A stretch of DNA of 64,000 nucleotides from Gnetum montanum (taxonomy: Eukaryota; Plantae; Gnetophyta), in the NCBI GenBank assembly GCA_015680685.1, contig MNCI01002560.1, positions 100,354 to 164,353 on the forward strand. The letters run 5' to 3'. Below the pieces are notes generated by a model. That model was not told the DNA's origin. It made no database searches and worked only from the letters and a program-made list of their open reading frames with translations. How positions within the stretch are numbered: the stretch's first letter is position 1; each line of letters begins with the position of its first letter. Shown in pieces: positions 13,357 through 25,535 of the stretch. The position numbers were made by a program, and so were the translations under genes.

Positions 13357-13390
13357 GGTTGCTACTGCCGTGGTTGCTGCTGCCGTGGTT
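13085..13390. repeat. 15-bp tandem array at the LINE 5' end (GCCGCCATGGTTGCT-like)
   Basis: About 20 degenerate units seen directly. Confidence 0.9.
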
Positions 13391-13779
13391 CGGCAAGGAG
13401 TAAAAACTAATTTTTAGGGTTTCATGGGATAAATCCAATCTCACCATTGCATCTGGAAGGTCGAAATATATAGGAAAAAATCTCCTTGTTTACCAAAAAT
13501 GACTTCCAAAATAAAAAATTATGGCTTCTAGAGTTGAAAATCGTAGGCACATAAAACGAGACTTCTCAAGAGGTCACCCATCCTAGTACTACTCCAAAGA
13601 AAGCATGCTTCCTTACAAATTTTTTATCTTACTTTCTACCAAGGTACCTGATTCTTTTTTTGGTAAATTTTTGACCATGTCTTAAATTTAAATTTTACCA
13701 TCTATTTTGCTAGTGTTTACAAATTTTCCATTAATTGATGTGAAATTTACAGTTGATGATATAGCCAGCTAGTGATGTC

Positions 13780-14270
13780 TATGGAGGTTTGTGCAAGGCA
13801 ACATTCCATGATGTCTGCAATGTTCATGGAGCTCCATGGAACATAGCATTCCATAGTGTTTGTGGTATCCTCAATGCTCTATGGAAGGCTACATTCCATA
13901 GTGTCTACAGTGTCCACCATGCTCTATGGAAGGCTACATTCCATAGTGTCTACAGTGTCCACCATGCTCTGTGGGAGGTAGCCTTCCATGATGTCCATGA
14001 TGTCCATGATGCTTCATGGAAGGCAACATTCCATGATGTTCATAGTGTCTATAGAGCTCCATAGAAGGTAATATTCCATGATGTCCATGATATCCATGAA
14101 GCTTCATGGAAGGTAGCATTCCATGATGTCCACAATATCCACAAAGCTTTGTGGCAGGTATCCTTCCATAGTGTCCATGGTGTCTATGGTGCTCCATGAA
14201 AAAGAGCATTCCATAGTGTCTATGGTGCTCCATGGAAGGTAGCATTCTACAATGACTACAATGCTCCTAA
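13780..14270. repeat. ~45-bp minisatellite inside element E
   Basis: Unit CTCTATGGAAGGCTACATTCCATAGTGTCTACAGTGTCCACCATG, about 10 copies. Confidence 0.9.
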
Positions 14271-16391
14271 ACACCATAAATTGCAAAACTTTTTGATAGG
14301 TTTTTCAAAAAAATAATGGCAAAGATAGGGGCAACATTGATGATGTAGCCAATGGTAGTAGTGCAAGCAATGATGATGGGAACTATAGTGATTAGTAGCA
14401 TTAGTAATGAGTGATGTGGATAGTAGTGGCATAGGTGATAATGGTGGCTATGGTGGCAATGATAGTGACAGCAATGGTGGTGAGTGAAGGATGCATTATG
14501 TGGCATGTGGCCAAAAATGCAATGTGATAGGAAAAGCATGCACAATTGTGGCAATGAAGTAAAGGATGTGCAATGGCAGTGGTAGAGCAAAGGATGCATG
14601 ATGGGATCAGCAGCAATGGCAAAATGACCTTGCTATGTTACACAATGGCTATTCCTACCATGGTGGGCTATCACATTATGGGGAATAGTCCCTTAGCAAC
14701 TATTGAAATGTCACTATCTCTTCCACCCACTCATACGCGAGGTCCACATCTATTGGATCAGTATCCATGAGCACTATGAAGTCATAGCCATGGCTATAGA
14801 AGTTAGTGTTGATGGTTGTGATACTGTTAACACCTTGACCATGGCTCCTCAGGATGACATCCTTTGTGTGGATGGCCTATACAATGGTCTAGCTTGCTAC
14901 CTTACACAATTCTTTGTAGGGCTTGTGTGGTCCTCTATGGAGCCCACGCAACCTTGGTGGGTCTACATGGTTGATGGAAAACAATAGGTGATGGAAAGAG
15001 GTGGAAGGCAAGGGTTCCTATGTAGTGGTGACAATGGTTAGTAGTTACATAGCTCTACGATCATCATGGCTCATAAAGAGCTACATGGCCCTATAATCAA
15101 TGGTATGGCCTCATGTAGGGCTCTGCAACCCTCAAAAGAAAATTTTAAAAAATATATTTTATATATGATTATTTTTAATTATTTTAATCATTTTTGGGAT
15201 TGGGGTTTGAATCCACAACCTTCTATTTTATTTATTTATTTAGTATTTTTTAATTATAATTTCTATTTTCAATATTTTTTAAAAAATTAACTTTTAAATT
15301 TATATAATATATATATTTATATCACCATGATTCCTATTCAAGTAGTTACCACAACAAGACCTAAGAGTTGGGTTTAATAATTTTGAGGTGACATGTTGAA
15401 TCCTAAGTCTTAAAATTATGGCATTAAGGTTTTTTTAGCTTTTTATTATAATTTTATTTTACCATAGAAAATGAGAAACTTTAAATATTGATATCTCTTA
15501 AATCATAAGTTCGATTGAGACACAATTTCTACTATTGGAATCATCTTGATGAGTACTACCAATTGGATATGATTTTAGCGTCTCAAAACTAATTTGAAAT
15601 TCTAAAATTTTAAACAACCAAGATAGCTTATTTTGCCAAATTAACAATCCTACTGTGACACATAGTAAAACTCATGACTTCTAGATAACTCCAATAATTA
15701 TAAATGATATCCCAACTCTTAAATAAAAATAAATAAAAATTTTACTTTATGATTTGTTAAGTATGATATTATCTTATCCTCTCACATCAAGATTATATCC
15801 TAGGTATTAAGGATAAGCAATACATCACAACATTACCTATCAAGTAGTAGTTGTTTGTATGAATCTCATGGTAATGAACCTATTGGTTGATTAGGAATGA
15901 GACACTCTTGTGACTAGGTTGAATCCCTTAGATTTACACATACATAGGTCATAGGTAATATGATTATTACCAATTTTATAGGGGTAAGGTATTTAGGATA
16001 GTAGTTTTCAAACAAGACCAAATCAACTCAGGTCATGGGTACTAACCTTCTAAAAGGAACTTAGTGATGACCTGAATCCATTACATTCTAATAATAACAT
16101 AAGATATGTAAGAGTAACCTGGATATGTGTTTTACCAATGTTTCTTGCAATTGATGTACCTTGGTGAGGCATAGTCAAAACTCTTGATCGTTGATATCCT
16201 TGATTGAATCTTGGTTTGTGAGATTCATGTTGAACATGATACACTTCATGGTACTTTTGTAGATATATAGATTATCTTTAACATATGATACATCTGGTGG
16301 TTTTCCATGGCTCTCCTTGGATCATGGCTCCATGGTTAATCATTAGGTTGTAGTTAGCCCAAGGTTCTAATTGGCCCTTGCATTGTGATTT

Positions 16392-16403
16392 GTTCTAATA
16401 CCA
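16392..16403 (-). promoter_or_regulatory. Primer binding site (tRNA-iMet type)
   Basis: Minus strand reads TGGTATTAGAAC versus canonical TGGTATCAGAGC, 2 nt after the LTR end. Confidence 0.85.
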
Positions 16404-16405
16404 AA

Positions 16406-16969
16406 TGTGACATCTCATTCCTAGATGTCAAAAAAAAACTTCAAATATGCATTATATTATACATTAGGCATAAGAAGATAATGTATCAAATATTAAATAT
16501 ATGTAATATTCAACATTAAGCACAAGGAAAATGCAAAAGGAAAAAGGAAAGAATGCTTTATTGATGTGGAATAATGTGTCTAGATTATGCCTTGGGAGTG
16601 TTCCTTGGGATTTTCTTCCTTCAACATCTCTTCCTTAGAGGTAATCCAACACTTTCACCATGGTTAGGCCTACAACTGGCCAAAAGGAATGGCTAATCCT
16701 CTTCCTATCCCACTTCACCTGACACTTGTTGTTCATCTTTACTGGCTCTACAACTCCATGTTTATACAACCTCTATGCTGAAGTATAAATACCTTAGGTG
16801 AAACCCCCAAAGGTCACCTTAAGAGACACATCAATTATTACAACATGCCCTTTTGGGTCGTAATTACAACTCCCTTTTTAAGTCTTGTTACAATAATGAT
16901 AATAGTTTTTATATGAAGAGGCTCCATCTTCATTATGTACCAACATCATTCACGAATGATAACATTACA
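16406..16969 (-). repeat. 5' LTR of element E
   Basis: TG...CA ends, followed on the minus strand by the PBS. Confidence 0.9.
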
Positions 16970-17429
16970 AAAAGAGTTTCCTAGGGTTCTTTTATTGAAT
17001 TTAATAAATATTTTTTGTGTTTCATGTTTTATCATGAGATGTGATAAGTTAATATAAAGAGTTGAACACATGAAATATTGTTATGAGAGATTGCATGTGT
17101 GTATGCATCTCTATGGTCAATTTTATATCTAACCCTTGTAGCTCATAGTATGTATATTATGTACGATCATAGTCCTATGTTGGTGGGAGAGATATCATTT
17201 GGTTGTGTCTTGCATTAAGAATAATTGTTGTATGGTTATAAAGCCTCATGCTCTGTAATGTCATTAAGTGTGTGAGTGTGTTTTTTTTGGTTGTAGAACC
17301 ATTTATTTGTAATCATCTATATATTAATTGAAGATAGCTAGTTTTTCTTGTTTTCTAGCAAATTAAATTATCTTCATATATTCTAGATTTGATGTGTGTT
17401 TGAATAATTAAGTAAATTAAGTGACCCAA

Positions 17430-17960
17430 CTTCATAGTCCAAATTACATGAGTAAGAACTCATAATATCCATAACATGTTCTAAAATAAATCTTAATCAT
17501 ATCCACTTCTCACACCCTAACTTGATGATAACCAAATTTCAAGTCAATATTAAAAAACATTTTTTCTTCTCTGAACTAGTCAAATAGATTATTAATCTTG
17601 GGTAATGAGTGCTAGTTCTTGACTATCACCTGATTTACCTACCTATAATCAATACACAACCTTAAACTATCATCCTTCTTCTTAGTAAATAGCAATCATG
17701 CACTCCAAGATGCAACATTTGGTTAGATCATATCTTTTTTCATTAACCCTTGGATGTACACCTTAAGTTCTTCTAGCTTCACTATAAACATCATATGATA
17801 TTCCTTGGAAATTGGTCAAGTTATAGGCTAAAGTATGATCTCAAACATAATCTCTATATGAGTACGCAATTTAGGAAGTTCTTTCTTCAATGCATCCAAG
17901 AACTCTTGAACCACAAGAATCTAATCTATCTTCTACTTAGTCATTTCATGAAATAAGACT
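17430..17960 (-). pseudogene. pol: Gypsy (Tekay/Del-like) RT N-terminal fragment
   Basis: Manual translation gives FTKKDDSLRLCIDYR*VN..LPKINNLFD..IDLKFGYHQVRV..FRTCYGYYEFLLM*FGL. Confidence 0.8.
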
Positions 17961-17989
17961 ATGAAGCAATTCTAACCTTGCTTGAGCAA

Positions 17990-19764
17990 CTATTGAAACT
18001 TCTTAGCTATCACAAATCAATCTTAATTTATCTCTCATTAGTTTTTATCGTAATGCCTCCTTCACTTATGGATATAAGTGTAAGAATCTTATTCTTAAAA
18101 TTCAAATTTCCTTCATATTTATCCAATAAATCTATCCTAAGAATTCAACATAATTCTTATAGCTTATCTAAAATAGAAGCCACTCCAAGTCTTTGTATGA
18201 TGTCTATATTATGTAGTTTACCTCTTCTAATAAAATTTAATATCTATTAAAGAATTCACATTTCTACCACATTGATTTATTATACATGCCTATTTTGTAC
18301 ATTCCAACATTTAGCATCATATAAGATAGCAAGTCTAATTATTGTCTTGTAAAATTTCTTCAATTTTATTGGTATTCTTTTATCACATATAATAATACTA
18401 CTCTATCTCTTTTTGACAATCCTATGTCAATTCTATTTCTTATATCTTTATTATTTCCACCATTTGATTGATATATTAATCCGAGGTAGTAGAATTTTTT
18501 ATAGTGAGGAACTTTTTTCCCTTGAATTATCAATTCTATTTTACCACTATTTATGTTATTATTAAAATTACATTCCATATATTCTTTCTTACTTATACTA
18601 ATGTTTAAGCCTTTTGATTCTAGGACATGTCCTTACTTCTCCATTTTAGATGAAATATTTTCTTGAGTTGTATCTATGAACATAATGTCATCTACAAATA
18701 GCATACACCAAAGGATTCCATCTTGTATTTCTTTTGTTAATTCATCTATAAAAATGGCAAATAAATACAAGCTAAGCACAAACCCTTGAAGCAAATCTAC
18801 TTTGACTAGAAAATTAGATGTTGTTCCATAAGCTATTCTAATTTTTGTTGTAGCTTTTTCATACATCTTAAATTACTTTAATATATTTATTAGGTATGTT
18901 TTTCTCTACAAATCCTTCCAAATAATATCTCTAGGTACTTAATCATATGATTTTTCCAAGTCAATAAACATCACATGTATATTTTTTCTATGTTTTCTAA
19001 ATTTCTCCATCAATTGTTCTATTAAGAAATAAGCCTCTATAGTATATATTCTTGGGAAAAATCCATATTGATTTTCTAATAGTGCTAATTTAAGTATAAC
19101 ACACTACTATGTAACTCTATCCGTAAGCTTCATAGTATGACTCATAAGCTTAATCCCTCTATAATTTGCACAATTTTATGTCTCTTCTATAATTGTAATT
19201 GTTTGACATTTCTACGTTCTTCAAAATCTTCTTACATAATTATACGAACCAAGAACCCTCTATATCTTCCATTACTTTCCAAGCTTCTATATAGGAATGT
19301 TATCTAGTTGCAGATTTTTTCTATTTTTCATCTTTGATAAGGTTTTCTTCACCTCAAAGAAGGAAAATTTATTAACCAAATCAAAATTTGGTTCTTCTCC
19401 TTAGATGTCTTTTTTTTCTAGTAATTTTTAATTTACTAATTCTTGAAAATAATTTTTCTACCTATCCAAAATTTCATTATCCTTTATCAAAATTCATTCA
19501 TTTACTTTCTTGATGCATTTGACATTATCAATGTCCTTAAAATTTCTTATTTTTAATTTTTACTAATTTATAAATATATTTTTCTTCTTTCTTTATTACT
19601 AATTTCTCATAAAGATATTCAATGACTCAGTTTTAGCTTTGGCTACTACTATGGTTGCCTCCTTCTTTGTCATTTTGTATATTAGCTTATTTTCTAAGCT
19701 ACCTCTCTATTTTTATTCCTTAAGGAATTTTTTCTTATTTTTGCGTACTACATTACTTCACCAT
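17990..19764 (-). mobile_element. Degenerate RTE-clade LINE (RT region), cut by element C
   Basis: MYEKATT..LLQGFVLSLYLFAIFIDELTKEIQDGILWCMLFVDDI and KFYYLGLIYQSNG match the typical plant RTE RT. Confidence 0.85.
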
Positions 19765-20158
19765 TGAAACACCACCAAATTTCAGCTACCACACCTTGAC
19801 TACAAATTTTCCTAAGTGTCAGCACAAGGTCACTTTCTAAAATTTTTTTCTAAGTGTTGGGACTATGCTATCCACTACCCCAGAGTGTAGTCAGCCCCAT
19901 GGAGAGCATAGTCAACTTCGAAAATTAATTCTTTGAAATTTTTCCCAAGTGTCATCATAGAGCAAGAAACTATAAATTTTAATAATTGTTGGGATACGCT
20001 CTCCACTACCCCAAGTGTAGTCAACTCAGTAGAGAGCGTAGTCAACACCAAAGGCTAGTTTTGTAGATTTTTCTAAGTGTCAAGCTAGTAGCCGCAAATT
20101 TTTCTAAGTGTCAGGACTACACTCTCCACTTCCCTAGAGCATAGTCAAGCTTAGTTAG

Positions 20159-23100
20159 TGTTGGCACATTTTGGCCATTTCATGGAACAGAGATATGAGA
20201 TGATTGAGACCTTCAAAATATTTCAATATAACTATTTCAAATGGCAAGATGTAGGTTGAACAGTTATTGATTCCATCATTTATTTCCATTAGCTAAAAAA
20301 ATATTGGATGAAAATATGGAATGAAAGAAAACAATAAATAAAATAGCTAGAAAATCTTTGGATACTGGTAAAGAATGAGCAGGAGCTATCCTTACGGAAA
20401 GGTGGTAGAAAATAGTGTTTCAGGTTGCTGATATTTGTTGAAGGTATTTGCACTCTGCCTAAAATAATTTGGAAAGAGTTTCAAAAGAAATACAAACTTG
20501 TCAAAGAATGGAAAAGCTTAGGCAATATGTTGATCAGTAAGCTGTTAAAGGAAAACAAATGGAAAATAAAATAGGTGATATCAATGGGGCCTGTCCCTAG
20601 GAGGAAATTATGGCAAATAATGCCTGGGATTCGAACCTTGGAGGCCTATTTTCACTGTTCCCAGGTACATCACGCATACTACTGTAGCCACCAGTATCAG
20701 CACCTTCACCAGGCTTCCAGACTAAGGTTCAAGTGCAAGCATATAGAGGCATGCCAAAGCCTCAACATCTGAACCCATCTCCTCCTCTAACATCTGGTGT
20801 TGCACCATCAACACATCCCAGAGTCAGAGCACGTCATGGTCAAGCCACTGACCCATACAACATCGCACAAAGGTTATGGTGGAAATAAAGATTGCAGAAC
20901 TAGGATTTGATGCAAGGTTTTGAAGTGTGGTTGTGGCCGTATTGATCATGTCATCAAGGAACTCAAGCTGGTACTACTACTAGTTTCATCGTTTGATCCA
21001 CGAGCCGCATGGCTGTAGCATGGACCAGCATTGCCCCTTCTGTAATGACACCATTTCTAGTTTCCTACATAGAAGATGCACAGGTAAATTTTCAGTAGTA
21101 GTAGGAAAATTACAGGCAATAACATTATCCCAGTATCGTAGTTTTTCACCCTGTGAAGCTTTTGCGCCTTGCAAAGGGCCGTATAGAGTTGGCCATTGTT
21201 GTTTGGGTCCATTCCTTGGCGTATCTTCCGTGTGCCACGTAGAGACAGCTTCAATGATGGAAAATTATTCTTTTCCTCGGTAGAGATTGCTGATACTGTA
21301 ATGGCACTAGTGATAGGGCTTCTACGACATACACATGTGTTGAGTTGGCAAGGTCTTTTCACCTCTGGCTGGCTTGGCTCTTTGCAGCTGCTCTGCCGCG
21401 GTATGCACCACTGCCGCGTCCTCATTGTCGACATCATCGAAATATCTGCGTTAGCCACAACATTTTATTTCTTCACTCTCTTACTAGAATTGGAAAGGAA
21501 GGCAGACGATAATTTTTGGGGTAGCTCATGTGTTTCCAGGACCCTACGCCAATGATAACACACTAGCCAAGAATGACGCAGCAGTCTGAATTTGTGGTGA
21601 GAAACTGTTCCAAGTTATCCGCAACGACCATCGAAGAAGAATAGCGATTTTTTCTACAACCAGTTCTATCATTGAGAGCATATCCCATGAGAGAAGTCAT
21701 GATTTAATCAACGTCATAATTAGGCAAAAAGAGTAGTGACACTATGGTTTCTGAAAGAGCATCCACCAGAGTTTTGGTTTAGCTGCAAAATTAGGCCTCG
21801 TAATTATTTGGATTTTTCATTAAGGATGGCATTCAAAATTCAACCTGCTAGAATTTCCCAGAATAAAAGAAAAAAAATTAGTAGCAATAAACGTGGCTGT
21901 ATTGAGTAGATGTTAATTTCTACAAGGCTGCATCAAGAATGATAAATATTGACTGCATGGCCTAGAACATGGAGCCGTTATTTGGTTCTGCACACCCTTG
22001 TCTCTTCACTGGATTTTGTACATGGCAAGGTTTCTGATGGATGGTTTTTCATAGTTAAAAAGTATTGTGATTTAAGAAAAAAGGGGACATTTGGCTATTA
22101 TCCCTTTTATTCCTATGGAAGTTGTAACTTCCTATGATAGTTACAACTATGATATTTGTAACTAATTTTAATTTTGATTACCATGAAGACACTTGGCAAC
22201 TAAAAAGGCCACTTGTCAACTACAGCTTTTTTGTCTCCATGGTGACCATTTGGCAATTGAATGGGCCACTTGGCAACTCAATGAGACACTTTTCAATTAT
22301 AGATTTTTTATCTCTATGGTGGTTATAACCACCCAAAATAGTTACAACCTTCTAACTTGTTGGGCATGTATTCTCCTAACTTGTTGAGCAAGTAAATAAC
22401 TTCCTTACTAAGATATTTTGAAAGATGTAACTACCTTTTGAACCCTATAAAAAGGCTTCAGGGGTAAGAAGAATATAACACACTTGACCACACTTGGGGG
22501 TCTCACTTATCACACACTTTGGAGACTACTAGCTCTCACTTGGAGACACACTTTGGGTCTTGGGAAGAGCATTGTAAAGAATAAATTGTGAAATATTTAT
22601 TGTAATATGGCTTGTTAAAGAAAATATTTCAGCCTCTTTGTCATACTCCTATGATTTATGCTTATTATTTTTTATTTTGTTTAAATTTTTTAGCTAGTGG
22701 TTTAGATAGTATCATCCTTGGCAAGTAATTTTGGGATTTTTAGATTGCTCTTATTGTTCTTGTTGCAAAATAGAAGATTTCTATTAAAATTTTGCCATAG
22801 AAGCGCTTGTTTTTAAAAGCCTTAAGAGCATTTTAGTAGTGAATTTGATTATTTGGCAACGTATAAGAACTGCTATTAGGATTGTTGTAAGAGAGCCTCT
22901 GCTTGTAGTCAAGCCATTGAATGATTCAATAGTCAATAGGGTTCACAAAATATTTGATATTTTGATGGCACCAGAATAGCTTCTTTTTATCTTTAAAGTG
23001 AATCTCTGTGGTATTTCAATCAGAAATTGTAAATTCTTTTGAAGGTTCTGTTGAATGCAATTGTTGACATCCATTATCTAGCCAAAATGGAGTCTCGTAC

Positions 23101-23712
23101 ATGATAGTTTACGCAGCATTTTTTTGGTAGCATAGTAGGATTGTCTAAAAAAATTGCTTATTTGAGCCTTGGAAGTTTGAAAAATTCATAGATATTGAAT
23201 TTGGGATAGCTTTATTGCGAAGTGTTTACTCATATCATTTTACCTTGTTTAAATATTTGAGGTCTTAACACAAATTTGCTTTCTTTCCTTTCTATTTCCA
23301 TTGAATCTTGCTCTATTTCTAGTTTTCTTGTGGAACTATCTCTTTCTCTAGGGAAAATTAGAAGTAAATTTGTAGAGTTGTGCTCAAAGGTTTTTGCAAA
23401 ATTTTATTTGTTACAAGTAGGTATTATAAGGACGGTGTATACTAGGCAATTGAACAAAATAGAAACTCTTAACAACTCACAGTACTTGGCAAAGTTGGTT
23501 GAATCTCTTTAAGATAAATCATTTGTAGATTACACACAATGCAATCGTTTCATTTTTCACAACCACACACCGCAACAGCACACACACATACTCACATTAA
23601 CTATTGAGCCTATTTGGAGGTATCTAGGCCTTGGTATTGCCAGAGACCAACAAGCACCTAAATCCTACTCGAGGACACTCGTTGGTGGTCGCGTCCCAAA
23701 CAGTCGCCAATA
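20159..23712 (+). mobile_element. 3.55-kb solo-LTR-like insertion
   Basis: Ends TGTTGGC...GCCAATA, perfect 5-bp TSD GTTAG (20154-20158 and 23713-23717), TATA at ~22446, no gag or pol. Confidence 0.8.
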
Positions 23713-25445
23713 GTTAGCATGGAAGACCCAGTTTGACAGAAATTTTCTAATTGTTGAGACTATGCTCTCCACCAAACTAGAGCGTAGTCAAGTGTAGTCA
23801 ACTAGGAGAGAGATTTTGCAAAAATTTTCCAAGTGCTAGAACTACACTTGACCCCAATTGGGAGCATAGTTAGCCTCCCATGGAGAGCATAGTTAGCACA
23901 AAGCCATGTTCTATAGAAATATTTTTTATAAGTGTTGGACTATGCTATCCTCTAGTCCAAAGTGTAGTCAAGTGTAGCCAAACAAAATAGCCTTGAAAGG
24001 CCTCTATAATGTAGCACTAGTATTCAGCTTAGCTCCAACACACCTCCAAGAAGTGTAGTTAGAAAAAATGCATCCTTATTATATTCCTTTCTATCCCCAA
24101 ATTGTAACTACACTTGACCTCGATCAAGATAGTGGACAACATAGTCCTAGAGCATAGTCTCCAAAGTTGTAGTTTTTCAGGTACATTGCAGTCCTCTCAG
24201 CACATGCACATGCAGTTGGTAGTGTAGTCACAGTCTTATAGTCTCATAGAGTTGAGTAGAATAGAGTAGAGCATAACATCACTTACCTTAGTGGAGATTG
24301 TAGTTGGGTGTAGTGTAGTCTTAACCATCCCACTGCCACATGGCAACCAATCCACATTTCATGCAAACCCTAAGCTTATAAATAACCTAGTCCTCTACAT
24401 TTTAGGGATTGGAAAAATTGAAGCAAGGCTAGAAAATTTGTAGCCCATTTGGCATTTTAGCAAGTCAAGGCATTGGAAAATTTTAGGTTAGCATTTGGCA
24501 AGGTTGCACACCATCGTAGCTCACCACAAGACATGACAAACCACCATAGTCCCCTACACACCACTATGGCCAACCTAACAAGCATAGACACCATAGCAGA
24601 ACAGTCTTTGTGGCCAAACACCCTAAGACTATGACTACAATATCTACTATTCCTATTGTACATTTCATACCTTATTATCCCTTCTAAAGTTAACTATGCT
24701 CAACCTAGTTTGGTGTGGTGTTCCATTCTCCCGCTCTCTTTCTATGAAATTTTAGCATTTTTACTTGCATTTTGGCATTTTATTAGCATTTTTTGTATTT
24801 TTTATGCCCGAGGCATTGAAACCTTTATTTTGCATTGAAATCATTAACTAAACTCACCCTCATTGACATCACTAACATCACGAAGCACCACTCCACACTT
24901 AGCATCATTTGGCATTGCATTTGGTAAGTCCCCATTTGATTGACAAGACCATTCTAGGCATCCCATATCTACCTCCAATAGGCCTCCATGCAAACTTGGT
25001 GTTCAAACTATGTGCCTATGGACCCTTTAATGTTTCAGCCACCAACATTTTTGGTCACCATAATTTTTTGGCACTTTGTAGGCCTCCATTCAAACTTGGG
25101 GTTTAAACTATGTTCCCATGGACCCTTCAATGTTTCAGCCACCAACATTTTTGGTCACCACAATTTTTTGTCACTAAAAGAAGGTCCAATCCATTTTCCT
25201 CTTTCAAACTTTGTTGATCATTGTCTTGCGTGTTCTCTACATCACCATTGCTAGCTCCAAGCTAACATAGATCCAACACCCCTATGGACTTGCCACGTGT
25301 GATAGTAGCTAGATCTTAGGTAAACATAGGCATTGTGTACCAACCTGTTTGCGTAGACTAGGCCCCATCATCAATTCCCCTAGAACCCTATGTAGCAACC
25401 CCAAAGCATCCATTCCTACACTTAGCTAAATTCTAAGCTCTCAAT

Positions 25446-25535
25446 AGAGAGCATAGTTAGCTCTTAGTGTAGAGAGCATAGTTAGCTTTTAGTGTAGAGA
25501 GCATAATTAGCTCTCAGTGTAGAGAGCATAGTCTC
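25446..25535. repeat. 25-bp tandem repeat, about 3.5 copies, in the leader of element C
   Basis: Unit AGAGAGCATAGTTAGCTCTYAGTGT. Confidence 0.9.

Larger units (their letters stand above)
6910..13390 (-). mobile_element. Near full-length L1-clade LINE with an extra 3' coding region
   Basis: Sharp GC-rich island containing ORF1 (DUF4283-like plus zinc knuckle) and ORF2 (EN-RT-zf). 3' end is (TC)7 plus A7 at 6910-6930. No clear TSD. Confidence 0.92.
4239..16969 (-). mobile_element. Non-autonomous LTR retrotransposon (element E, Tekay/Del-like ends) hosting an L1 insertion
   Basis: Two ~570-bp direct repeats (4239-4811, 16406-16969). tRNA-Met-type PBS at 16392-16403, PPT at 4812-4835, chromodomain-like stub at ~4840-4990. 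No RT found internally. TSD not clean. Confidence 0.85.

Noticed and set aside
12938-14622. His/Gly/Cys-rich ORFs (e.g. 12938-13447, 13934-14245, 14267-14599)
   Set aside because: They are translations of tandem or low-complexity repeats.
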